From Macrostomum lignano (Eukaryota), in assembly GCA_002269645.1 (NCBI GenBank), contig NIVC01004536.1, positions 34,579 through 77,442 of the forward strand: a DNA stretch of 42,864 nt, read 5' to 3'. A model generated the notes under the pieces. The model worked only from the letters and a program-made list of their open reading frames with translations, did no database searches and had not been told where the DNA came from. Below are positions 16,701-25,969 of this stretch, one piece after another. A program made the position numbers and the translations under genes. Within the stretch, counting starts at the first letter, position 1. The number at the start of each line of letters is the position of its first letter.

Positions 16701-19700
16701 AGATCGGTCCCTCCAGGAAGCGAGTCATCTTGCTTCCGTACGGCACGAAGATTTTCGTGTCCTCCCAGGCTGGGTTCAAATTAGAATTACAAGTTAGTTT
16801 TAGAAAGGAATTTTATTAAGCCGTATGAAAAGTCTGATTTAAGTGCTTCAACTGATAATCAGAACAACGGAATCAGTTATTCAAAACAAGAATCACCTTA
16901 TCCTGTTTTTTGCTATAATGGAGCATTGCGGGGAATTCCCATGGTCGGGTATACTCACCAAAGATTGGCTACAAAGGTTACCCAACGCCTGTTAGTATTT
17001 GTCGGTAAAACGCAGGGACTAAGCTCTTAGAGACAAGGGGGTAAACAGTGCATAAAAACGCAAACAATCATAATTTGGCACGCAACGGGCCAGGGCAGAA
17101 GAAATGGGGAGATGGATGCAGCTGGTGAGGGTTGCGCAGACGGCTGGGGGGTTGGCGTAGATGGCTGGTGGGCAGACGGCTGAGGGGTTGGTGCAGACGG
17201 CTGGGGGGTTGGCGTAGATGGCTGGGGGGCAGACAGCTGAGGGGTTGGTGTAGACGGCTGGGGGTTGGCGTAGATGGCTGGGGGGCAGATGGTTGGGGGT
17301 TGGTGCAGACGGCTGGGGGGTTGGCGTAGATGGCTGGGGGGCAGACGGCTGAGGGGTTGGTGCAGACGGCTGGGGGGTTGGCGTAGATGGCTGGGGGGCA
17401 GACGGCTGAGGGGTTGGTGCAGACGGCTGGGGGTTGGCGTAGATGGCTGGGGGGCAGACAGCTGAGGGGTTGGTGCAGACGGCTGGGGGGTTGGCGTAGA
17501 TGGCTGGGGGGGCAGATGGTTGGGGGTTGGTGCAGACGGCTGGGGGGTTGGCGTAGATGGCTGGGGGGCAGACGGCTGAGGGGTTGGTGCAGACGGCTGG
17601 GGGTTGGCGTAGATGGCTGGGGGCAGACGGCTGAGGGGTTGGTGCAGACGGCTGGGGGTTGGCGTAGATGGCTGGGGGGCAGACAGCTGGGGGTTGGTGC
17701 AGACGGCTGGGGGTTGGCGTAGATGGCTGGGGGGCAGATGGTTGGGGTTGGTGCAGACGGCTGGGGGGTTGGCGTAGATGGCTGGGGGGCAGATGGTTGG
17801 GGTTGGTGCAGACGGCTGGGGCAGACGGCTGGGGGTAGGTGCAGACGGCTGGGGGGTTGGTGCAGACGGTTGGGGGGGCTGGGGGGTCGATGCAGACGGC
17901 TGGGGGTAGGTGCAGACGGCGGGGGGTTGGTGCAGATGACTGGAGGGTTGGTGCTGACGACTGGGAAGTTGGTGCGGACGACTGGAGGTGGGTCGATGCA
18001 GACGCATTGGCAGATAGGGGGTAAGAGTGTCACCTAATCGATAGTTAAAGATTCCTTGTTCATCGGTGCAGCTGAACCCAAGTAAAACAGTTGAAAATAC
18101 TCAAACTCTCAAAGCTGACTGAAGTGGCAAAAACTTACCAAAGGTTATTAGAGTCAAACTAAAATTGATCAAAATATCGATCGAGAATAAATACTTGAAA
18201 TAGATTTGTTCATACCAACGTTTCTAACTTTGTAGACGCTGACTGAGGCCTCTCCCCCGCACCATTGGTTGAAGTCTCCCGGACAGGGCGAATCGCAGAA
18301 GTCGTCATCGATTCCTTCAGACACGGGCTCGCTACCGCAATAGCAGGATGACCTTCTGAGTGCCATGTGGGTGAAGTTTCGGTTGTAACAGCACTCCAAG
18401 CACACGTCGACTGTCAGCAGCGTGATGGTCAGGGCGAAACAGCTGTAGGTGAAGTGCTTTCTACTCTCACTCTCTCTGAAGCAGCCGGACTCCAATTTCA
18501 GTGGCACTTAATGGGATCAAGTATGAAAATAATAAGCAAAAATCTGTATTTACAAATTTGTAAAAAAATTAAAACGCGGTCATCACGATACCCCTTAGAA
18601 TACAGCTTCGAAACTCTCCTATAGATTTTACAAAATTTGAGAGCGATCATAATAATTATTTATTACACCTGCTCCAATTGGGCCAGATGTGCAACCGACA
18701 GCTCAGCCGCAGCTATTGCGCGGCGCATCTGAAGGCTGCGTACGGCTGTTCAGTCCAAGGACTGGGTGGTCGCCACACACACCCTCAATTACCCCAGCTA
18801 ATGCTGGCACTCATTTTACAGCTGGGTGAACTGAAGCAATGCAGAGTTAAGTGTCTTGCTCAAGGACACAAATTGCTCCAGTGGGAGCAGGAATCGAACC
18901 CCCGACCGATCTTCAAGTCGTGAGTCCGACGCTCTAACCTCTAGGCTACAACCCCCCTAGTGAGAGCGAACTAGTCCTGTTCCATTGAGTGTACCTCGTC
19001 ACGTATAGATTCAGTGCAATTAGCATTGCTACACCATCTCATTTTGTACTATTTTACCCAATAATGGCTAGTCAAGAATGGACTCTAGCAAACTAAACTG
19101 TGAGTTTTTAATATCGTACCTGTGGCGTACGGATTGATATCTTTCATTGTCAGTCCTTTTGCTTGGCGACACCGCGCGTCGCCATCAGAGTAGTTTAGCG
19201 CCAGGATCCTATCAGCCAAGGAGTTCAAGCCCTTGGATTTTAGGCTGTTCGCAGCCTGGTTCCAGGCCAGACACGGGGTCTCGAACGCGTACGGCTGTGC
19301 GGGCGCACTGCTCGATTGCGGCCTCACTTGAACGCTGTCGGTGTACAGAGGCACCGCGCTTCTGTCTCCACTGTACTCGCCTCCGCCGATGGTGAAACGG
19401 CAAGTGGAAAACTGATCTGGAAATGGTATGAGCATCGATGCTAAAGGTTACCAAACCTTAGCACTCTAAAGTGTAGGGTTCTAGAGCCACTTTTCCGACT
19501 TCCGTTCCTCCCTGAGACTTTGACTCCCCCCGGTCTGTGCTACTCGTACAGAATATACTCATAAAGCTCCATTCGAAGCGAAATTCTTTCAATCATTTAA
19601 AATACTTTTCCGAGGATGGATGAACATAATTAAGGAATCTGAGTCGAATTCTCAAGGCTTAGATTTGCAATCCATAACATTTTTTAATCCATTAAAATGT

Positions 19701-20542
19701 TATTTCCGTTGTAAATTTATGACTTTCACAGGTTTGGACCAAAAATTTGTTCGCTCGAAGAGTTGTGCAAATCGATATTATAGTTGGCTTGGCCTAGAGT
19801 CAAAATACTTATTCAGTTATTGCACGATCAACGCATTTCACTCTACCGAAGGCTTTCCGCTGAAACCAGGCGATGATAGACTGTTCGGCAGTGTTGGCCG
19901 CATCGTCCAGGGCCAGAGTTGGCGAGCTCAGCGACACTTCGTCTTCTCCCCTGGTGATGTCGAATTTGCTCAAATGAATCTGGCAAGTCAGATTGCACTC
20001 TTTTTTTAGTCCACGCAGCCTCGGTCTGTCCCAAGTAGCGCTAAACCTGCTGCTGAGCTTGCTCATTGACAGGATGTTCGCCGGGCAAATGTACACGTCC
20101 GGGAACTGGTAGGGCAACGATGTGGTCAGACTCGTTAGCAGTGGCGTGCTCGAGTATCTGGGTGTAGATCGTTCGAGAGTAAGTATTTTGCGGTACGAAT
20201 GTAGTAAATAAATTTAAAATTAAGTCTAAATCCGCACCTATCAATCAGAGTGTAAAGGTGATAGCAGAAGCCGCCATATGCTCCCAGGAGGAAGACAATC
20301 CAGATAGTTCGACCAGCGGCTCTACTCTGAGACTCCAGCCTGCTTAAACCGTGGGCCGATGTGTAGCTGCAGAAATTCCAGAAGGAAGCCGACAGGCTGG
20401 CGGCGCCTCCCCTCGCAGCTGAACTCCCCTCAGCAGGAGTTTGGGCGGCATCATCTGTAGAAAATGATTGAACCTCGTCGACCGAAACCTGCCAAGTTGA
20501 ATCCCAACAGTTTGATTGGCAGTGCAATTGAAAGTTGAGCAT
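10719..20542 (-). CDS. DEG/ENaC (amiloride-sensitive Na+ channel family) subunit, paralog A, with kringle-WSC-kringle extracellular insert; 12 exons, ~1035 aa
   Basis: Exons 5' to 3': 20542-20238, 20157-19847, 19416-19120, 18506-18216, 16769-16641, 15657-15457, 14860-~14758 (donor uncertain), 13661-13564, 13436-13084, 12879-12677, 12337-11721, 10918-10719. Shows the pre-TM1 HG motif (TSAHGLSR), TM1 (TIWIVFLLGAYGGFCYHLYTLI), FPDVYIC, CEFNGQSC, a Cys-rich thumb (CFNEF...NCSCLP...CKLPC), WPN, and TM2 LLADMGGILGLWCGISLLTVCE with a G-I-S filter. The start ATG and the exon 7 donor are uncertain. Confidence 0.87.
11277..11634. mobile_element. hAT-type MITE in the last intron of paralog A
   Basis: 14-bp imperfect TIRs (CAGGGGCGTCGCCA / CAGGCGCGTCACCA, 12/14), a perfect 8-bp TSD CTTGTGCG at 11269-11276 and 11635-11642, and internal ~21-bp CATTTTGGCGCCGCAGGCAC repeats. 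Confidence 0.88.
13564..15657 (-). other. Paralog A exons 6-8: kringle-2
   Basis: YDC...RYSGCLNVTASGRACLIW (15657-15457), SNYCRG (from 14860) and EPGCFYLNEAENTILFEACTVKPC (13661-13564) supply all six kringle cysteines. Confidence 0.82.
13740..14683 (+). repeat. ~33-bp minisatellite (GAAAGGACTGGGAGGTGTGGTTCGGCTCCTATC) in paralog A intron 7
   Basis: About 28 units with 32- and 36-nt variants that recur as higher-order blocks; there are no unique spacers. Confidence 0.97.
16641..16769 (-). other. Paralog A exon 5: kringle-1 C-terminal half (Cys4-6)
   Basis: Hand translation WEDTKIFVPYGSKMTRFLEGPICFYEDPARGLSVSPCNIPFC matches kringle PWCY...C-x-IP-x-C. It has a ccag acceptor and gtgagt donor; 129 nt, phase 1-1. 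Confidence 0.8.
17125..17960 (+). repeat. G-rich composite minisatellite (~57-bp unit built from CAGACGGCTGGGG-type subunits) in paralog A intron 4
   Basis: GGTTGGCGTAGATGGCTGGGGGGCAGACGGCTGAGGGGTTGGTGCAGACGGCTGGGG repeated, decaying toward 17960. Confidence 0.95.
18216..18506 (-). other. Paralog A exon 4: WSC domain
   Basis: SGCF...LTVDVCLECC...MALRRSSCYCG...FCDSPCPGDFNQWCGGEASVSVY has canonical WSC cysteine spacing. The exon is 291 nt, phase 1-1. Confidence 0.9.
18690..18956 (-). mobile_element. tRNA-derived CORE-SINE (MIR-like core)
   Basis: The minus strand has an A-box-like TAGCCTAGAGG and B-box GGTTCGATTCC, then GTGTCCTTGAGCAAGACACTTAACTCTGCATTGCTTCAGTTCACCCAGCTGTAAAATGAG, which resembles the MIR/CORE domain. 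Confidence 0.75.
19120..19416 (-). other. Paralog A exon 3: kringle-1 N-terminal half (Cys1-3)
   Basis: CRFTIGGGEYSGDRS...PCLAWN...DARCR matches the kringle pattern C-x-G-x-Y-x-G...C-x-x-W...NYCR. The exon is 297 nt, phase 1-1. Confidence 0.7.
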
Positions 20543-20605
20543 TGCCTTTACTGAACTACGAGCGTATCTGTGTATTTTTATTCTATCAAAGGCAAGAGGC
20601 TGTGA

Positions 20606-20944
20606 GCACCCTGGCGCACTTTAAGCGACATTGTCACACAACCGGCGAGAGGCATTGCTGCCCATTCCACCGACTCCCCTAAGCCGGCACACAAGCGCGC
20701 GGATACATAGGCAATCATAAGCACAGGCACACCTCACACAGGAGTGTACATCGGCCATAACTTTATTTATCGATAAACATGTACATTTTACTGTGCCTTG
20801 GAGTTTGGCCCTCAAGGCCGTTAATTGCACGAGCAGAGCCAAGCCGAGATTTCAATTCAGCCTCAAATTAATGTGACTGCACTTGGAATCGAGCCTGGGC
20901 CGCTGGGACATCAGAGCCTGCGCCAGACCACTGGGACAGCCCCC
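20606..20944 (-). mobile_element. tRNA-headed SINE, family 2, copy 1
   Basis: Head GGGGCTGTCCCAGTGGTCTGG...CCCAGGCTCGATTCCAAGTGCAGTCAC (A/B-box-like). The body is shared with the copies at 29826-30158 and 26352-26646. Confidence 0.75.
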
Positions 20945-21389
20945 TGAACCATCTGTGTACGCTCGTATAGCAGCCCTTCCTCTTTTAATTTAGGGACTGT
21001 TACTGGTGGAGTAGCATCTTGATGACTGCCTGAATAGCGGCCTAAATTGCTACTAAGATTTCAAAAGGAACTCATTTTCTTTTAAGAAACCCAGTCCACA
21101 GAAAGCAGTTAGTGCACTGGTGGAAGCTCTGTTTGCTTGGTCAATATTTAGTCAGGGTGTAAAAAAATATCCTACCTTTTGTCTAGTAGAATGTTAGGTC
21201 CATTATTCAAGGGTGTATTAGCAGTGATAATGGCCTCTACAAGCTGCTTGACAAAGCCACTAAACTTCTTTGTACACATTCTGTCTCGAGAGTTTCTTTG
21301 CCAGCTGAACAGTCTGGGGAAATTATATTACGCAAATATCTAATCTACTTATACAGTGGGAACGATAAGCCGTTTTTTCTCCCATTCGT

Positions 21390-21470
21390 TCCCAGGAGGA
21401 AGACAATCCAAATAGTTTGACCAGCTACTCTACTCTGGGAGTCCAGCCTGCCTAAACCGTGGGCCGATGT
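21390..21470 (-). pseudogene. Remnant copy of the DEG/ENaC first exon (HG motif plus start of TM1)
   Basis: Translates TSAHGLGRLDSQSRVAGQTIWIVFLLG. By manual alignment it has 7 mismatches in 81 nt versus paralog A exon 1 (20282-20362). It is truncated on both sides and has no downstream exons. Confidence 0.85.
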
Positions 21471-21915
21471 TAACCTCCAGTCCGAAGAGCTGCCCGACTG
21501 CCAGAGGGCTCGGCTGTGGCAGGCGGTGGTCGAAATCGTCCTGCTATACAACGCCGAGACGTGGACGCTGACGGCTACGCTGGAGCGGCAGCTGGACTCG
21601 GCGCACTCAGGGCTGCTCTCCGTGCGGCCTTTCAAGCTGTTGAGAGCGTCGGGACCGAGGCCCTGTACGATCGTGGCAAGCTGCAGCGCCCGTCCATCAT
21701 CCTGCGCCGGCGGTGACTTCAACCGGCAGGCTACGTGATCCGGGCCGAGGGCTACTGCCGCCAACCTGTTCAGGACGTTCTGCTGCTCACCTTGCTAGGG
21801 CCGTTCAGGCGGGGTCAGGCCCGAACCCGTTGATACGTGGACTGCCTCCTATGCGACGCCGGGCGCCCGACTTCGTCTGCTCTCAGGCTCTGCGGCGCGC
21901 CATCTGACATGCCCT
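21471..21915 (+). mobile_element. 5'-truncated, decayed RTE-clade non-LTR retrotransposon 3' end
   Basis: RLWQAVVEIVLLYNAETWTLT, then ILRRR*LQPAGYVIR...GPFRRGQARTR*YVDCLLCDAG with a frameshift and in-frame stops. This is typical of the RTE sequence C-terminal to the RT domain. Confidence 0.75.
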
Positions 21916-22839
21916 GCTCTAACTGTGACCTTACATGCAGGGCTGCGTACTTTGTTGTTGTTTTTTTGTTTTCTCCCGTATTGATGATACCAAAGACGAA
22001 TTACCGCGGCAATTTTTTTAGCTGACTGCCAAATGAAGCAACTTTGGCATAAAGATTTTCACAATCAGTTATTGACAGTAAAATACAAAAGGCTCTGAAT
22101 CATATAGAAGCTTTCAGTAGCCAAAAAAAACCATGGAGTAGCCAAGCTATTCAATATAAAACATAAGTGAAATGCATTTTGCATACCTTCTCATGAAAAG
22201 CCATGTGCGCTGTTGAGCAGAGCCCTGCTGCTTTTGCCCCTGTTCAGACCACAACTGCGAACGCGCTCGATGGCTGGTTATAAAAGTCAGGTTTAATCGA
22301 GACAATTACCGTTGGAGGCAGAGAGAGGAACAGACTACGGGTATAGACATGGTTAAGTTGTCATGGAAACCAAAGCCAAGTAGACGAGCTAGTGAAAGAA
22401 GAGATTGAGATTAATTTCAGCAGCAAGTTCCGCTCTTGTTCTGTGAGCCACAACCAATCCGATTTACAGGTCTCTTCAAACCAATCAGACGGGATAGTCT
22501 GCCAAAAGTGAATTATACATGGTTGCATGTGCGCTTGCGAGAAGTGAAAACTTAAAAGCCCTATCTGCGAACGGCTTATTAAATGTTAGGGTACAATAAC
22601 TCGAACAAGGACCACTAGGAACACTTCGTTATAGTCTAGTAGTCCTTGAACTTGAATAAACAACTAGACCCTAGAGAATAGATTTCTCTAGGATAGATAA
22701 TTTTAAGATAGGATGAGATTGGCATTAAAGCTAAAATGAATAGCGAAATAATGCGAAAACTATCAGCATGAACGAGTAGAGAAATCAGTCAGAACACAAA
22801 AATCGGCTTTTGAACAGGAATTTATGAGACACTGGAGAC

Positions 22840-23080
22840 AAAGAGTAGAGAAAGGGAGAGGAGAGAAGAGGAGAAGGGAGATGAAAAGGGAGAGGAAAAG
22901 GGAGAGGAGAGAAGAGAAGAGAGGAGAGAGGAGAGAGAGGAAAAAGGAGAAGAGAGAAGAAAGCTGAGAACAGACACAAACCTTGAACGGGCCGGATTGC
23001 TATTGTAAAGTTTCAAAGCACCCGAGGGCCGGATAGAGAGTCTTTGCATGTGGCCCCGGACTGGAGTTTGCCGACCTCTG
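22840..23080 (-). mobile_element. Second copy of the hAT/Charlie-like element (left end plus purine/pyrimidine tract)
   Basis: The minus strand reads CAGAGGTCGGCAAACTCCAGTCCGGGGCCACATGC...CTCTATCCGGCCCTCGGG...GCAATCCGGCCCGTTCAAGGTT followed by a CT tract, as at 28590-28930. Confidence 0.6.
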
Positions 23081-23479
23081 ATATTGAGACAAATGAAAAT
23101 TCTAGCAAAATTCATCAAATAAATGACAAAAGCTCGAATGCAACTGTCATGAGGCTTCATATTGGTACAGAAAAATCACCTTGAGTATTCTGATTTTAGT
23201 TTAAATCGCATCACATAGAAAAATATGTTTATTCACTTAGCTTTTCCTATTTCTCTATAGGCTTCAGGTTATTTTTGAGCGGCTCCTTTAGGAATCAATT
23301 GCAGGTGCCGATCTCCGGGTGCAGAATCGCCACAAAGTCTCCGGCGAAGCTGAATCTGATCAAATCGATGTCGAGGCTGAGACTGAGCTGACTGAAAGTG
23401 TTTGGCAACAAGCGATTATGCTTGTGCTGATGTTGTAAATATTTTTGCCAGATAAACACTGTTGTACTTTGATACTCTT

Positions 23480-23596
23480 AAGATCAGTCCCATGCTTGTT
23501 TAATATCCCGACACTACTCTTGAAATGAAAACGCTCACCGCACATGTTGCATTTCTCAGTCTCGGCTTCGGTCATGTAGAACCATACTCGTACCAT
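23480..23596 (-). pseudogene. BED zinc-finger-like fragment (probable hAT transposase relic)
   Basis: VWFYMTEAETEKCNMCGERFHFKSSVGILNKH fits the BED pattern VW...CxxC...LxxH. The second His and the catalytic domain are absent. Confidence 0.45.
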
Positions 23597-24766
23597 TCGT
23601 TGTTAGTAAGTGTCAGAAAATGCAGGATAAAGTTGTCTAGATTTTTTAGAACAGATGCCTCATATCTTTCTACTTTCAGTAGTCTGTGTAAAATTTATTT
23701 CAGCACAAATTGAACGTCAGTTTCGGTGACTGTCAGCTGTTCGTGCTATTGCTGAATGCAGGCTAAAAACAAGCAGGACTGGTAAAACTCACTAATAACT
23801 AGCATCATTTCGGTTGTAGAAAAGCAGAGTGTGTGCTTCTTCAACCTCAATCATTAACCAGTCCCAGCTTACCGCGTATTGCACCTGGCTTGCATCGCTT
23901 TCGTACGTGCAGTCCTACTTTCCTGCAAGCAGCTCGAGGCGGCTACAATTTTGCCAAATTGTCACCACCACCAGCTATTATCACCATAAATAGACAGGTA
24001 ATGTATCAACTGTTTCCAGCATGGCTGAGACTGATCGGCGAATGGCTACCTGCAGGTTCAGCAGTAAGTCAGGATAGGATCCGGGGGAGTGCATGTCATC
24101 CTGCACGAACACCTTGATTTGCGGAAGCTGACAAACTTAGACTCAGTCATAAATGCGTTTTTAAAAAACACACTCAAGAGTCACTTCTCTAACCTCGATT
24201 CTATTTTATCTAGAACTTGGATTTTCAATGATTTGCTTTTGTAATATTTGATGACTAATATTTGATAACATCAAGAAATAACAATGGACAGTTTCTGCAG
24301 TGGAGTTAAAAAGCTGAAAGATAATTAGACAGCTCTCTCAGCAACCTAAAGATAAAAATAGAAAACGGACGCTAGCATGAGTAAAGAGACACCCCCCCGA
24401 GCCCTCTCCATCAGTTCAGCATGCCAGCCCGACCCGGAGACCGGTCAGAACTGGATTTTGAATTGGAGGACAGGCCCTCGGAATGCACAACCGATCAACA
24501 ACGGCCGCAGACCGCACTGGCAACGGGACGAGATTGAGCCGGCCGGGAGAACACACGACTCTGGCAAACAAGCAAAATTACAGTTCCTCGATCTTATCTC
24601 TCCTGTGTACATTGGTTTTTAAGCAATATTTATTGTTGTCAGGCGTGTTCACTGTTGCTCCGTGAGGGCTTGATTGCATGAAAAACCCCAGAGCAGTTTT
24701 GGTGCACGCGAACCCAGGTGTGAACTTTGGATGCATTGCTGCTCCGTTGCTCATTAAGGAATTAAG

Positions 24767-25325
24767 GAATAGAATAGAATATAATAGAATAGAATAGAAT
24801 AGAATAGAATAGAATAGAATAGAATAGAATAGAATAGAATAGAATAGAATAGAATAGAATAGAATAGAATAGAATAGAATAGAATAGAATAGAATAGAAT
24901 AGAATAGAATAGAATAGAATAGAATAGAATAGAATAGAATAGAATAGAATAGAATAGAATAGAATAGAATAGAATAGAATAGAATAGAATAGAATAGAAT
25001 AGAATAGAATAGAATAGAATAGAATAGAATAGAATAGAATAGAATAGAATAGAATAGAATAGAATAGAATAGAATAGAATAGAATAGAATAGAATAGAAT
25101 AGAATAGAATAGAATAGAATAGAATAGAATAGAATAGAATAGAATAGAATAGAATAGAATAGAATAGAATAGAATAGAATAGAATAGAATAGAATAGAAT
25201 AGAATAGAATAGAATAGAATAGAATAGAATAGAATAGAATAGAATAGAATAGAATAGAATAGAATAGAATAGAATAGAATAGAATAGAATAGAATAGATT
25301 AGAATAGAATAGAATAGAATAGAAT
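24767..25325 (+). repeat. (AATAG)n pentanucleotide microsatellite
   Basis: About 110 near-perfect units. Confidence 0.99.
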
Positions 25326-25969
25326 ATCCCTCCCTCTATGCCTACGCTTTAATTCGTTGACACATCGCAGGCCATATACGCTTAGATTAATTTACAGGCT
25401 ATCGACCCTCAATTTTTACCGGTGTTTCTGGTGGGAGCAATTAAGGGAGATCCGGTCTGACAGTTATATTTTTAATAGTTTTTTAAAATCGTCTGATATT
25501 ACAGTAGATTGAAAAATTCTAAAAAATGGGAATTAACTAAAACAGGGTATATAAATTCTGTGGAAGGAGTTCCTACATTGTTTAAATGATCAAAGTTTTT
25601 TTATACACTATCTTTAGCGAACTATAACGATATAGTTTATAGAACGATAAAAGACACTTTCAAACCGATTTTTAACAATAATTTAACAATTAACAATAAA
25701 TAGTTGAAAAATAGTAATCACAGCAAAAATATTGACAAACAAAGGCAATATCAATATCATTTAAATAAACAAAAGCTTTGAAAAGCTTATAAAAATGTTC
25801 GTGTGCATTAAAAATATTAGAGAACAAAATATCTGAGGTTGCAATAATTTGACTTCGTATACCTTTCGTAGTTTAGAATGATTCAATATTTTCTCAAGGC
25901 TGTCTGTTATTAAAAACACAACAACCATTTTTGTTATTCTCTATGTTTTAATATTTGTCTTACTACAAC

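Noticed and set aside
18880-18956. tRNA gene (also the heads at ~20880-20944, ~30100-30158 and ~31560-31620)
   Set aside because: A/B boxes are present but there is no proper cloverleaf or acceptor stem, and each continues into a shared repeat body, so these are SINE heads.
13564-19416. Separate Kremen-like or plasminogen-like gene nested in a channel intron
   Set aside because: There is no signal peptide, start, stop, CUB or protease domain. The exons are same-strand, phase-compatible with the channel exons on both sides, and duplicated in the same position in both paralogs.
22270-22300. TATA box or LTR promoter (GGTTATAAAAG)
   Set aside because: It is on the strand opposite the nearby genes, with no paired LTR or downstream ORF.
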